A DNA stretch of 64,000 bases from Phaeosaccion multiseriatum (GCA_965112735.1 OZ218957.1:1860001-1924000), one strand, 5' to 3'; positions 25,930-47,255 are shown, numbered from the stretch's first letter. A program made the numbers and translations. The notes: a model not told the origin generated them from the sequence alone.

Positions 25930-26943
25930 ATGATTGGAAGGAGGAAGCGGTGCCTGGCAAGCAGCGCAGATGCGTATAGCAATGCCGCGGGGACTGTTGA
26001 TGAAGCTGCTGTGGCCCAGGAGACCTACGTGGCCAGTGCCAACGCCTTGGGGATGGAGGAGGTCCTGCGGAGAGTCATGCACCTTGTGGGGAAGGGTCAT
26101 CGCGTCTTCATCGCCACCGTGTGCAAGGGGTGGCAAGAAGCATATACCGCGACGTATCCTTCACTCGAGACCTCCCATCAAAGCGTGGTGGGCTCTGTCA
26201 AGCGCGTCCAGTGGGCCAAGAAGGAATGTGGGTACGAGCTGAGTGTGAGCACTTTCAGGGCTGCCGCAGAGTACGGAGATTTGAGCGTGTGCGAGGAGCT
26301 TCACAGTATGGAATGTCCCTGGGACGAACATGTCTGCGAATCCGCTGTGAGGAATGCCAGGCACGGGCTGTGTATCCTCAAATGGCTGCGATCCGAGGAC
26401 CTCCCCGACAAGAAGCAATGCCCGTGGGCAAAGTTTTGGACAAGTGGGGAAGCTGCCAAGAGCGGCAATGTGGAGGTTGTGGAGTGGCTGCTGTCTGATG
26501 GTCTCCATGGCCCACCTCATATTAACATGTGGGTTGAGGCTGTCAAGGCGGGGCACACTAACTTGCTGGACACGCTTGTCCAACACCCCAAGGTCAGAGC
26601 TTGTATGGAGGCGGCAGGGGATTACAGCGCATGGAGAGGTGGTGCTAAATTGGCAGCCTACGCAGGCAATCTGGAAGTGATGCAATGGTTTCATGCAAAC
26701 GCACGCGAGGTGTGCGACTGGGATGCACACGTCTGTTTTAACGCAGTTCGGTACGCCAAGAGCCTCTCCATGCTGAAATGGCTCCGATCGGAGGAGGTCA
26801 TGTGCCCCTGGGACAGTGAGTCATGCCCACAGGTCTTGAAAGATACGTTTGGAGATTATGGTTGGGATATACCCCCTGCCGCCTTTGAGGAGATGAAGCA
26901 GTGGGTACATGCCAATGGACACCCCTGCGACTGCCACGACTGA
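25930..26943 (+). CDS. Intronless ankyrin-repeat-like/F-box-like protein (paralogue 3), 337 aa; inverted relative to paralogues 1 and 2
   Basis: Highly similar to 8819-9829 at DNA level, and shares 3' flanking sequence (TGTGCAAGGGC...CCCTACCCGCTCAT..GCAGTGGCGGG). Confidence 0.8.
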   Translation: MIGRRKRCLASSADAYSNAAGTVDEAAVAQETYVASANALGMEEVLRRVMHLVGKGHRVFIATVCKGWQEAYTATYPSLETSHQSVVGSVKRVQWAKKECGYELSVSTFRAAAEYGDLSVCEELHSMECPWDEHVCESAVRNARHGLCILKWLRSEDLPDKKQCPWAKFWTSGEAAKSGNVEVVEWLLSDGLHGPPHINMWVEAVKAGHTNLLDTLVQHPKVRACMEAAGDYSAWRGGAKLAAYAGNLEVMQWFHANAREVCDWDAHVCFNAVRYAKSLSMLKWLRSEEVMCPWDSESCPQVLKDTFGDYGWDIPPAAFEEMKQWVHANGHPCDCHD

Positions 26944-27771
26944 CGAGTACGAAGGGCTGTGCTCTCTGTGCAAGGGCGATGGGAGGTCCCTACCCGCTCA
27001 TAGCAGTGGCGGGCGTACTTCAGGTATTCAGGCAGACAGGCAGACAGGCAGACAGAGCGGCACACCGGCAGCGACAGCAAGGGCCTCGACAACGACACAT
27101 CGGCGCTTGGGATTGCGTGCCGTGGGGTGGGTACGAGTCGATGCCCCCAGCAAAATGCAAGCTCAGCGTAGAGAGAGAGAGAGAGAGAGAGAGGAAAAGG
27201 AGAAAGGATGGGGAGAGGCAAAATCAAACACGAACGATCGTTCAATCAGTGTGACCTTCGTCTCTGCCAAGCACCCTCGAGCCAAGCAGTCCTTAGGGTT
27301 AGGAGCCCTCAAGCCCCGAAGGCGGTGACTCTCTGCGCCGCCTGCTGCCGGGACGGTCCCAAAAGCCACGCACTCATCCTCCTCCCCCCCCCCCCCTCTC
27401 TCTAGAGTATCTAGCAGCAACAAGGCTGCAAGCCTGCTCCTGGCCGGCCTGAGGCAGTGAATCCAAGCTTGGAGGGCGGGCAGGCCCGGCGAAGGCCCTA
27501 CCGCCCGCCTACTGCCCGCCCGTCCCTCCTCTTGCTCCTCCCTCATAGTGAGGACAAGTCCAGCGGTGACTCGCTCCAACCCGTGACCGCCTTCACTGCC
27601 GCCACCGTTCTACAGAGACCGGCGCCAGAGTCGAGGGGCGCAGGCTCTTGTGCTTGTGTGTTGACGTCAGCTGCGCCCGTAAGTCGCCCCAATGAGTCCT
27701 GACACCGCCCCAAAGAGTCCTGACACGGCTCTCGCCTCGATGGCTTCCTCAATTCACGTCACCTCACCATA

Positions 27772-28285
27772 AGGCGGGGGGGTGAGACAGAGTTTGACTG
27801 CCTCATCGGGTATGGAGCGACTGCCCTCACCACCGAAGGGAGGACACAAGGAAGGAGCTGGCCCACACTCAAGCGATGCAGCAGGAGCGTGCGTGCTGAC
27901 TCAGTGGCCCCCACTCTCTCCTCCCGCGTCCCCCCTCTATGTTCTCTGCCGTGCCGCACCTGCTGCATCCCCTCAGTGTCCCTCCGTGCCTACAACTGGC
28001 GTCACTCGCTCGCTGGCTGTCTGCGTACGTGCCACACGCAAACGTGCGCGCGTGCTGCGGCCTCGTGGGCTTATTAACCTCGGGGCCTGCCATTGATGCC
28101 AGCACTGGCCACAACGGCGAACATATCATCGCAGATGTTGGACGCTCAAATGTCCTGACACTCAAATGTCCAACGCGTGCAAGCTGCTCTTCCAGAGGTC
28201 CAGAGGTCAGGAGGTCAGAGGAGCTGCCGAGGGTGAGCATCGCAGCTGTGCTTACCAGGTCGCACCGCATGGCGGAGCACTGAGG
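27772..28285 (+). pseudogene. RPC2: Decayed duplicate of the RPC2 3' end (penultimate exon, intron, last exon)
   Basis: TGCCTCATCGGGTATGGAGC matches 23073-23092. Intron segment GCTGGCCCACA..CAAGCGATG matches 23245-23269. AACGTGCGCGCGTGCTGCGGCCTCGTGGGCT, ACGCGTGCAAGCTGCTCTTCCA and CGCATGGCGGAGCACTGAGG match the last exon. Many indels. Confidence 0.85.
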
Positions 28286-28415
28286 GGCTGTGTACTGAGT
28301 GCTGAGCGCTTAGTACTGCACTGAGCATGGGGAGGGCAGAGGCAGAGGCAGAGACAGAGCCGGACACAACCGGCCCCTCCCCTCACTTTTTCACTTCCTC
28401 CCCTCCCTCCCTGAC

Positions 28416-30844
28416 TTACTGGAGCGGCAGTAGGTCCTCCACGTACTTGGTTTGGTGCATGCCCACGGCCGTGCACGCCACCCCTTCCCGCTGCATCAAC
28501 CACCGCACGGCGTATTTCTGCAGCCGCTCACTCTGGGGGATGGCGTGGGTATACGCCCCTCCTCCTCCTCCTCCTCCTCCTCCTCCTCCTCCTCCTCCTC
28601 CTCCTCCTCCTCCTCCTCTCCCTAGTTCCAACACGGTGTTGCGAGCCTTTTGTGCGCACGAGAAGGCCACCATCCCCGCGTACTCCTGAAAGAAGCGATG
28701 CAGTAGGTCGGCACTCCTCTCATCCAGTCCCTCAAGCCGCTCGTGCAGCATGGGCACGAGGTTTGCTGCCACCTCCTGCTCGTACTGCATAGGAGAGGTG
28801 AAGTGTAGCAGCTCCTTGTTGAGGCTTTGGATCAGGTCGCGGAGGAAGTCGCAACCTTCGCGAGTGTCAATTTCCTGTGTGTTTGGTGGTGGTGATTTGT
28901 TGGGGTTTGTTGAGGTTGGTGTTGGGGTTGGTGCTCCGGGTTGGGATCGGATCTGGGGTTGCCTGACCCATGTTTGCGTGCGTTCAAAGGCCGTTCCGGA
29001 AGAGAGGCGCGCCATTGACAGTCTTTTTCTTTGACCCTTCCAAATATCGGCGTGCGGGCAGAGCAAGCACATACAAGCAAGGCCTCTTCCCCTTTCCCTC
29101 CCTCTCTCTCTCCCTCCCTCTCTCCCTCTCTTACTCCCTCCCTCTCCCTCTCCCTCTCTCCCTCTCTCTCTCTCTCTCCATCTCTCCATATCTTTGTCCC
29201 TCCCGCCACATCAGCCGCACCAAAAAGCAACGCATGTGAGCGTGTGCGTGTGTGCGTGCGTTCGCGGACGTACCTCCTGAGTGGGCTGCCTCCCCTCCTC
29301 GGGTGCCGGAGCGTTGAAGTGCTCCAGCGCCTCCCTTACCGTATCCATGTAGAGCGTGGGCGGGTGCAGCAGGGCAGAGTCCACCAGGCGCATCACCTGC
29401 CCCTGCGGAGTGAAGGCCGTCAGAGGTCGGTTCACCATCACCTTAGGGAGGGGAAGAGGGGGGAGTGAGTAAGAGGGATCAGGTGTGCGGAGGGAGGAGG
29501 AGGAGGAGAGAGAGAGGAAGAGGTGAGGCAAAGGGTTACAAGAAGACATTGCATCGACCCACCCGGTCCCCCATCACGACGTCAAGCAAAACTCTGCCAA
29601 GCTTTGTCAAGCAGGCAATCGGAGAGCACTGTACCTTGAGGCCCGCCTCCTGCATGGAGGGGAAGAGAGACAGCCCGTCCGTTTCCAGCAAGTTGGCAGG
29701 CACCTGCAGGGTCGACAGCGAGTGCCTGTGCCCACACAACACAACACAGCACCCAGGAGGAGGAGGAGGAGTTAGGAGGAGGAGGAGTTAGCCGTTAATG
29801 TACTGCCTGTGTCCAGACGGCCGGAGTTTTGGACGCTCCCTCCCTCGCTCCCTCGCTTCCTCACCAGCTCACCCTTCCCCCCGAGAGCTTGCTAGCACTC
29901 ACTCATGCACCCCCACACTCACTCACTGACTCACTTGCTCTGTCCCACGATTTTGGCCGCGTCTATGGCACTCTGCAGCACCCGGTCCCACGGCAAGTGC
30001 AACGCATTGGCCTCGGGGAGACACAAGCTGCGGCAGCTCACTCCGTACGAGCCGATGGAGCCATCCCTTGCCGCCTCTTCGAGCCCAACAAAGCTCTGCG
30101 TCAATTGGACAAAGAAGGCTTCGCGGGACTCCTGCACCACCTCCGGGGGGACAGCCTCCCGCTCCTGCTCCTGCCCCTGCTCCTGATCTTGCCCCTGCGT
30201 TCTCTTGTTGTTCTTGGGCACTTTGCTGGCCAGGAGTGATTCGAGGTGGTGCTCGGGGTTGTGGACGAGGTACACCTCAGGCCTGCGCCGACAGGACAGG
30301 ACAGGCAAGGAGAGGGAACGCAGAGTCGGAAATGGAAGGAAGAAAGCAGAGCCGGGATTTATACAGTGGTGGGATAGGTCAGAGAGAGAAAGAGGGTGAT
30401 GCTCCTCTCTTCTCTCTCTCTCTCCCTCTAAAGGATACCCACCTGCCCCCCAGCCTCTCCGTGGAGCGCTTGAGCTCCTCCGCCATGAACTCTGGGTGCA
30501 TGGAGTGGCGAATCTGCGCGCCTCCTTCTCCAGAGATGCCAATGCTGACACCTCCAGGTACCACCGCACCCAGCTCCTGCTGTGCCGTGTAGCCGAATTT
30601 GGACACCACGGTAAGGTCCTCTCGGCGGAAGGCCTGACCAGCCCCACTGCCTCCGCTACTGCTACTGTCAGAGGGGCCATTGACCACGGCTCCCACCAGC
30701 TCCTCGCTCCGCCCTCCCATGTACGTGCTGGCGGTGTCGATGACTCGCACTCCTCCGGCAAGGGCTAGGCGGAGGGCCTTCTCGTGCTCCGCCGATCCCA
30801 CCATGCACTTGGCAGCCCCAAAGCCCAGTCTAGACCACCCCATG
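28416..30844 (-). CDS. Aldo/keto reductase family protein; approximate exons 30844-30443, 30282-29935, 29725-29635, 29441-29274, 28874-28416 (both ends uncertain)
   Basis: SRLGFG, VRVIDTASTYMGGRSEELVG, RREDLTVVSKFGY, EVYLVHNPE, GSIGSYGVS, LQVPANLLE and VMVNRPL are AKR motifs. Splice phases are consistent. Confidence 0.82.
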
Positions 30845-31025
30845 GCGTTTTGCTTTGCTTTTTTTTTTTTTTCTCTCCCTTTTGGTCGCAGCAAAATCCT
30901 GCCCGTGCTGCCCGTATGGCAACGAAATTGCTTGGGCCAAGGGCTGGATCCGATTTAAATTCCTTGCTCGCGCCTGCTTTGGAGCTTTGCAGTCCTGCTT
31001 TTTGTCGCCTCGACGTAGCCCTAGC

Positions 31026-40733
<9,708 letters not shown>

Positions 40734-41262
40734 GCAGTGGTGGAGGCGGAGGCAGAGGCAAAAGAGGCAACAGCGCATGCAAGAGCAGAGGAAGAGGCAG
40801 CAACAGAGGCAGCAAGAGAGGCAGCGGCAGGCCCAGCAGCAGCTGAGCGAAGGGTTTATTGCAGTGGAGGATGGGTTGGTTCATCTCGACTGGGTGGTAG
40901 CTGTGCGGGGGCTTGGCTCACCAATGGCGCGGTAATTTCTTCGACACCCAACAACAACAACAACAACAACACCAAACGTCCTGGCAGCCGCCCACGGGGG
41001 GCCAAGCCCAAAGACCAAGACGCGCAAGTCTACGGAGGCCCAAGTAGAAGGGAAGGAAGCGTAAGACGAAGCGGGTATATGGGTATATGGGTATATGGGT
41101 GTATGCTTCCTACTGCAGAGGGGGTACAAGTGCTTGTCGGTGGTGCGTTCTGATGACGCCAATAGAGAGAAGGAAGCCTTAACCCCGTGTCCAAGGTTAA
41201 CCTAGTTTGCCAATCGTTGTGTTAACGATTGTTATCTATTGGTGCTCCTCCTTCACTTCTCC

Positions 41263-42060
41263 ATTCACACTGTCCTCCCGTTGCTGTCCTGCCCCGTGAG
41301 GTGGAGTCCGAACTCGTCGTGTGAGGTACACCAGCACCACAAGCCTGAGCAACGCTGACGCTGACGCTGTCCACGCTACCGCGGCCTCGACAGGGTATGA
41401 CAGTGACTCGGCGCGTTCACCTTCCCCACTTGGAGAGCGCAGCGAAGGGCGGCCTTGCCGGTCCACTCTAAATCCATCACCTTCCCTTCGTTGGCCCTCT
41501 TCCAATGTATGTGACATCACACACACACACGCACACACACCCCTCTGCGCTAGCGTCAGAGCACGAATCGTCAGCTAAACTCCAGTGCCCGTGCATGGAC
41601 AAGACATCCATGACCGACAGCACGATGGGTCATCTTATCCGGCTCTATCCGTTTATACATCAATCGCAGAGCCGTACAATCCGAGATTGCATCGAGTTTA
41701 AGCCCTTTCGTCCGCATCTCCCTTGAGCACTTCAACCGCCTTCTCGTCCTCTTCTGCATTGCCACAAGCAGAAACAGCAGAGTGGTACGAGGTTTATTCG
41801 GGTTGAAGCCCTTCTCTTCGCACCCCCTTCGTCAAGACAGGCGCCTTCTCGGGCTCTCTTTTGCCACACTCATCAATCGTAGAGCTGTACGACATTTGAG
41901 TGGGTTGAAGTCCCATTGCATCTCCTTCAGCGAGTCAAGCGCGCCTTCTCGTGCTGCCCTGCCTTGCCGCAGGCAGTGATCAGTAGAGCTGTACAAGACG
42001 ACATCGGGCTCAATGTCCTCCCTGGCGTTACTCTTCCCCTTCGAGAGCCAGATGAAACTG
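41263..42060 (-). pseudogene. Frameshifted PPR-SMR protein pseudogene
   Basis: Frame-corrected translation: IEPDVVLYSS/LITACGKAGQHEKA..LKEMQ, SYSSTIDECGKREPEKA, SYHSAVSACGNAEEDEKAVEVLK/EMRTKGLKLDAIS/YGSAID (PPR motifs), then MDLEWTGKAALRCAL, VIPCRGRGS and LRLVVLVYL (Smr-like). Confidence 0.72.
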
Positions 42061-42470
42061 CCCCCCAAACCCTCCTAGTCGGCCTTAGCACTTCACTTCA
42101 CTTCCCTTCACTTCACTTCACTGGGCGACGTGTGAAGAAGTGAGTGAGGCCAGGCGTTATGTATCTTCCTTTGGCCACCCCCGTCCTTGTCTGTGGGAGG
42201 AAGAGCTGTCTGTCCATCTCGCAAGCCAATGAGAGAAAGATCACAGAGACGACGGAAGTATCATCACAAGCAGCAGCAGCAGCAGCAGTACCAGCAGTAG
42301 TAGCAGCAGCAGTAGCAGAGTCACGGCGTGCAGCTGGCGCCCCATCCTTGCTCCGCTGTTTCACTCAGCAGTCAAGACGAATCAGATACATATGTGCAGT
42401 AGACATCGCCACCGACCTTCTGGCGTCCTGCTGGTCCTCACAGCTGGTGACGTATGACGGACCAATCCCT

Positions 42471-43745
42471 TCATTTGCCCTGCCCTGCTCTACTCTGCTC
42501 CCGCTGCTTACCCCCCTCCTTGGCGGGAGGAGCGTAGTAAATGTCATATATCTCATCAGCAGAGTAGCCCAGCACGGCGTAGAGAAAGACGCACCTCCAG
42601 TTGAGCAGCGTGGTCCTGAGGACGCCCCTCTTTCGCCAGCGTCGAGAGGAACACCACGCCACCTGTGACAAGCCCTGCACCACCCCGCCCGTGCGTAACG
42701 CCTCTGCCCGCACTCTACGCACCAGCTCAAAGTCCTCCATCATCTTCGAGGCGGGGAAGCCGCCCACTTGCCTCAGGTGGAAGCTGGTGATGGCAAGGGC
42801 TTGGTCGCCGTAGGGGAAGCCCCAGAGCTTGCATCGTATTCTCACAGCCCACTCCACGAACCACAGGCCGCGCACGCGCTCCTGCTGTTGATCAGGCTGC
42901 AGATCCTGCGGATGTATCATCAACGGCTGATCCTGGTCCTGCTGGTCCTGCTGCTGCTTCTGCTCGGGGGCGTGGTCTCCGCGACGGATACCAAAGGTGA
43001 AGAATGTGAGCAGGACGGCAGGGCTCGACTCAAAGGCTTGCCGAATACAGGTGTCGAAGCCCTTTTCAAGTAGCGTGTCTGCATGCAAGAAGAGCAAGAT
43101 GTCGCCCTTTGCTTCCTCGGCTCCCAGGCGACAGGCAGCCCCCCGGCCGCAAGAGGAATGCAGGATCCTGTTATGCCATTGGAAGCACGACCAGAAGCAG
43201 CAGCAGAAGCAGTAGCATAAGAGCAGGATTCCATCATACAAGAGCAAGCGGATCAGAGAGAGAGAAAGGGAGATAGACCGGCACAGAGAGACAACGGAGA
43301 GATGGACAGGGAGAGAAAAAAGAGACGAGAAAGCAGGTAGCATACCTGACGGATACGCTGCTATCACTGGCGACAGCTCTGACGTTGGCTATGGTGTCGT
43401 CCCTGCTGCCCCCGTCGACCACGATCACCTCTACACGCTCCTTGTCCTCCAGAGAGTAGAGCAAATTGCGCACTGCACGGCCCGCACCATCGCCCTCATT
43501 GTACGCGGGGATGATGATGGACAGCTTTCCGTCGCCGCGAATCTCCTGGGTCCGGTCAGCGAAGCCTCTCCTCCGTCGTCCTCGGTAGGCCTTCCAGCTG
43601 TGGTGGGGGAATGGGAGGGATGAGCATCATGCAGCAATAATTACGGGGTAGAGGCGACGAGTGGACAGCTCATCACAATCTCTTACCTCCACAGAAGACC
43701 AAGCGACCCGACAAGGCCACCCGCCGTGAGCGCAAAGCGTCCCAT
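42471..43745 (-). CDS. GT2 glycosyltransferase, TIGR04283-like; exons 43745-43687, 43597-43346, 43167-42471
   Basis: Spliced protein MGRFALTAGGLVGSLGLLWSWKAYR...LSIIIPAYNEG...VEVIVVDGGSRDDT...GRGAACRLGA...ILLFLHADT...PYGDQAL...VGGFPASKMMEDFELV...SSRRW. The LFLHAD, YGDQ, MED and SxRRW signatures are typical of this family. Confidence 0.85.
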
Positions 43746-44309
43746 TTGGCAGGGAGATCGCAGGGAAGGGTTTTCACAATAGATACATAGATACGCGGAA
43801 GGATCGATCTGTCGTATGGTGCCATCCTTCGCCTTTCATCAAATCCCGGCATGCCGGATGATCTTCGTCGGCAGCAAGCCAGCAACAGCAGAAAGAAAAG
43901 AAAGCCAGCAGCAGCAGCAGCAGCAGCACGGGGCAGACTGCTGATAGTCTGGGCATCTATTTCCCAGGCTTTGGAGAGCTGCACAGGTTTTTACTTCAAA
44001 AGTGTGCGCGCGTAAAGGAGCTGCAGCTACTCTACAGGCAACAGACGATCTGGTCGCGCATTTGCTGGCGAGGAGCAAGAAGGGTTAATCATTGTCGTAG
44101 CCAGAGTCAGAGGATGCTACCCGCTGGTGTATCCCATCACTGAGCCCTTCGCTCTTGAGTGCTTTCATCCTATTGTCCACTCATCCGCGACCTCTATGCC
44201 ATGTACTTGCCGATGCTCAGCTGGATCACTCTTTCAGGGTGTTCAAGTCCGTCGTTTGAGGGTGTGCGGTACGCGAATGTGTGAATGACTAACTTCTCTG
44301 GAGAGATAA

Positions 44310-45470
44310 ATGCCCGACTTCCACAATGACCCAGCATGCAGCAAAGCTCTTGAGGCGTTTCGCAAGGCGGAGAGAGTCGTCCGGAAGTTGAGGGAGGTGG
44401 CCACTATTGACAACATGCGGGATGCTCGCTTGCTGAGGCAGCACCTTCCCCTCGGGGACGCTGACGCTGCTCCCACCAATGCTCTTGAAGTCATCAACTT
44501 TGAGGCAGGTGGGGGCAAAACCACGCTTGTGGACACTGAGGAGCAGGTCGCTCTTTGATTGATTGACGGAGCACGGCGCGTGAGAGTGGAGGGCCAGATA
44601 CTCTTCCTTGGCTTTGATCGTGAGGCATACTCTTCTCTGCAGAGGGGTGTGTCCAATGGCAAGACAAGCGTGCTCCAGCTGTGCTCGAGCGAGAAGCTCT
44701 GCGTCCTGTTCTCCGTCACGAAGCTGGGAGGCGTGCCCAGCTTGCCCGCGAGCGGGATTCTGAGCCGGGAGAACATTGTGAAGGTAAACTTTTGCTGGGG
44801 AGAATGGGCGGTTGCTACTCTGTGCTGCTCTGCTTGTCTCTTATCTGTTGCTCGCGTTCTCTCTGTTTTGCTGCTCGACTTCCCTGTTGTTGTGCTGCTC
44901 TGCCGCTTTGCTGCTCGACTTCTCTACTGCTCTGCTGCTCTGCTGCTGCTGCTGCTGCTGGTGTGGCGAAGAGGGGCTGAGACTTGCCTTCTGTCTTTCT
45001 TGGTGCTTTTATTCCCACTTGGCCTTGACGGATCAACCCCTTTTGCTTCTTTCCCCCTACTCGTTGCCCTTGTCTTGGCCATTGGGGAAAAAATACTGTT
45101 TTTTCCAAATGATCTTTGCTGAAGAGTGCTGCAACCGTCAAGGGGGCTGTTATGGTTGTGAAGAGGGAGTTTGATGTGGACGTAAAATTTAAGAGGCGCC
45201 GTTGACATAGGTGTCGAAGCGCGCAGCTCTCTCCAGCTCATGCAGCCAGGGGCAGGGGAGCCACAGACTCGATGACATGGCTGCTCTAGATACGAACAAG
45301 CGTCTGGACAAGAGCATTGGGGGAGAGACTCATGGTCATGTGTTGAGGCTTGGGAATGGTGCGTTGTCTGACTGGCGCCGCTGGGCCACTTCTCTGCGCT
45401 CAGGCTTTTTACGCACGCCGCGAATGACGCCTATGCACGCAGGCTACTGCAGCACACGATCTGGACGAAG
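44310..45470 (+). pseudogene. WRN/DEDDy-type 3'-5' exonuclease pseudogene
   Basis: LGFDRE (ExoI), VLQLCS, ILSRENIVK, GAVDI, KRLDKS, LSDW and HAANDAY (ExoIII) lie in different frames. In-frame TGA at 44556-44558 and at least three frameshifts after 45190. Confidence 0.72.
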
Positions 45471-46352
45471 GAAGGGTGTACAGCAGCGAGTGGAGAGAAA
45501 GTGCCTGCGGAGGGACAGGACGATGAAGGCGCGGAGCAGATCGAAGCTGGAGAGCGCCTATTCGTAGGAGGTGGAGCACACAAAGGGACCAGCGACGCGA
45601 GAACAGAGGGGGGAGAAGGCGCGGTTGGAGGTGAATGGGAGGATACCGAGGAGACTCGGGAACAAGTTGCTGAGGCCCAGCGTGTGTGCGAAGACGCGGA
45701 GGAGGGGGGAAATAATGACGACGAGGAAGAAGGAGAAGAGGCACGGGAGGACGCGAGCCGCTCTGGAGGGGGGGGCGGGGAGGGGGAGCATACCGATATT
45801 TTGGAGCAAGGAGAGGGAGTGACCGGGGAGCGAGTCATGCTTTTTGAGAAGGGCTGGTGCCAGGCCTGATTATTGTACGAAGTACTGATTATGGTCGGCG
45901 CATAAGAGTAATCCCTGACCTAAGATCACTTAGAGCAAAGAGACACCCAACCCCCTTTTAACCTTCCACCCTAAACAACTGTTTTAGCGAGTTTGAACAT
46001 GCGCATCGTGATCATCGTTAAGACAAGTTGAAAGCCTTATGCAAGTACCCTTGCCTTACGAGAGGAAAGATGTGGAAGCTAGTGAATTGAATTGTGTTTT
46101 ATTACGTAAGGGAGGGTTTTACGTATGGGTATCTGAAGCCCAAGTGGGCCCTACCCCCCCCCTGTTGTTTATTTTTTCTTTACCCGTTGTTTTATTTTTT
46201 TTTTATTTGATTTTCTACTCTGGCAATTAATTCCCATCAACAATATTCAAATTTCACACACATGCCTGAGAAGGGGTACGGGCTTCCGCATTTTCTAGGC
46301 TTATCTGCGTGCTTACCTGAAGGAACAAATCAGGGGGTAAGCCCCCCTGTGA

Positions 46353-46639
46353 TCGGCCCTGGAAGAGGTTACAGTGTGCGCCGGTCATAATCAGTAATCA
46401 GGCCGGCTGGCGCCAATAATCAGTAATCAGGCCGGCTAGCGCCCGTCATAATCAGTAATCAGGCCGGCTGGCGCCGGTCATAATCAGTAATCAGACCCGA
46501 CTGGCGCCGGCCATAATCAGTAATCAGGCCCGGCTGGCGCCATAATCAGTAATCAGGCCGGCTGGCGCCGGCAGTAATCAGTAATCAGGTCGGCTGCGCC
46601 GGCCGTAATCAGTAATCTGATAACCTCTTCCAGGGCCGA
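46353..46639. mobile_element. Non-autonomous DNA transposon (MITE), 287 bp, 19-bp perfect TIRs, 6-bp TSD CTGTGA
   Basis: TCGGCCCTGGAAGAGGTTA (46353-46371) and its reverse complement (46621-46639). CTGTGA at 46347-46352 and 46640-46645. Confidence 0.88.
46387..46618. repeat. Internal tandem array of the MITE: 8 x TAATCAGTAATC(AG) plus a GC-rich GCCGGCTGGCGCCGG-like segment (~28-33 bp unit)
   Basis: Eight head-to-tail units read directly from the sequence. Confidence 0.92.
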
Positions 46640-47255
46640 CTGTGACACGCGCAAAACCCTCGGATTTGATGGGTTTGGGCGGCCGCAGAAATCCATGTGA
46701 AATTCCATGTTCCGCCATTCGTATCCCCACATTGTTTTTTTAATTCTTCTTTTTCCACTTTTTCAACATTGGGAAGGATAATCTGAGAGGGAAGGAAATC
46801 ATCGAAAGTCATATGACTAGAGGAGAGGAACGCAGGAGGATAACAGCAGCACAGCAGGAGAGAGGAGACGAAGAAAGGTGGGTGTACGATCTGACCCCCC
46901 CCCAGCCCAACCGAGGTTTAAAATTATTCATTGGCACCCCCAAACGCGCAAGATACGCGCAAATCTTCCGTGGAAAGTGGTGGCTCCTACACGTGATGTT
47001 CAGGCCATCCCAAAGGAGTGTCTTCAAGCTCTAGACGCTTGTACGGCCCACAACCCTCTGTTCCTGCCCCCGCCCCCTCGCCTCCTCATCGCTCACTCCC
47101 TTTCGATCGCTTTCCTCCAAGGAGGGAGCAGACCACAGGGAGACCACAGCGTTGCTTATCGCGGCCGGCCGGTCTCTCTCTCTCTCCATCATTACTCCCA
47201 TGCTTGCTCATTTGCCCCTGCCTCCAGCGTTGGATCTGGCCAAGAAGGAGAGAGA

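Noticed and set aside
40737-41153. 138-aa ORF after MCM4
   Set aside because: Low complexity, GTG start and no motifs; probably 3' UTR.
44556-44558. In-frame TGA as selenocysteine or readthrough
   Set aside because: It is not at a catalytic position and the downstream gene has several frameshifts, so pseudogenisation is the simpler explanation.
46387-46618. CRISPR-like array of conserved TAATCAGTAATCAG with variable intervening sequence
   Set aside because: The intervening segments are variants of one sequence rather than unique spacers, there are no cas genes, the context is eukaryotic, and the array is enclosed by MITE TIRs.
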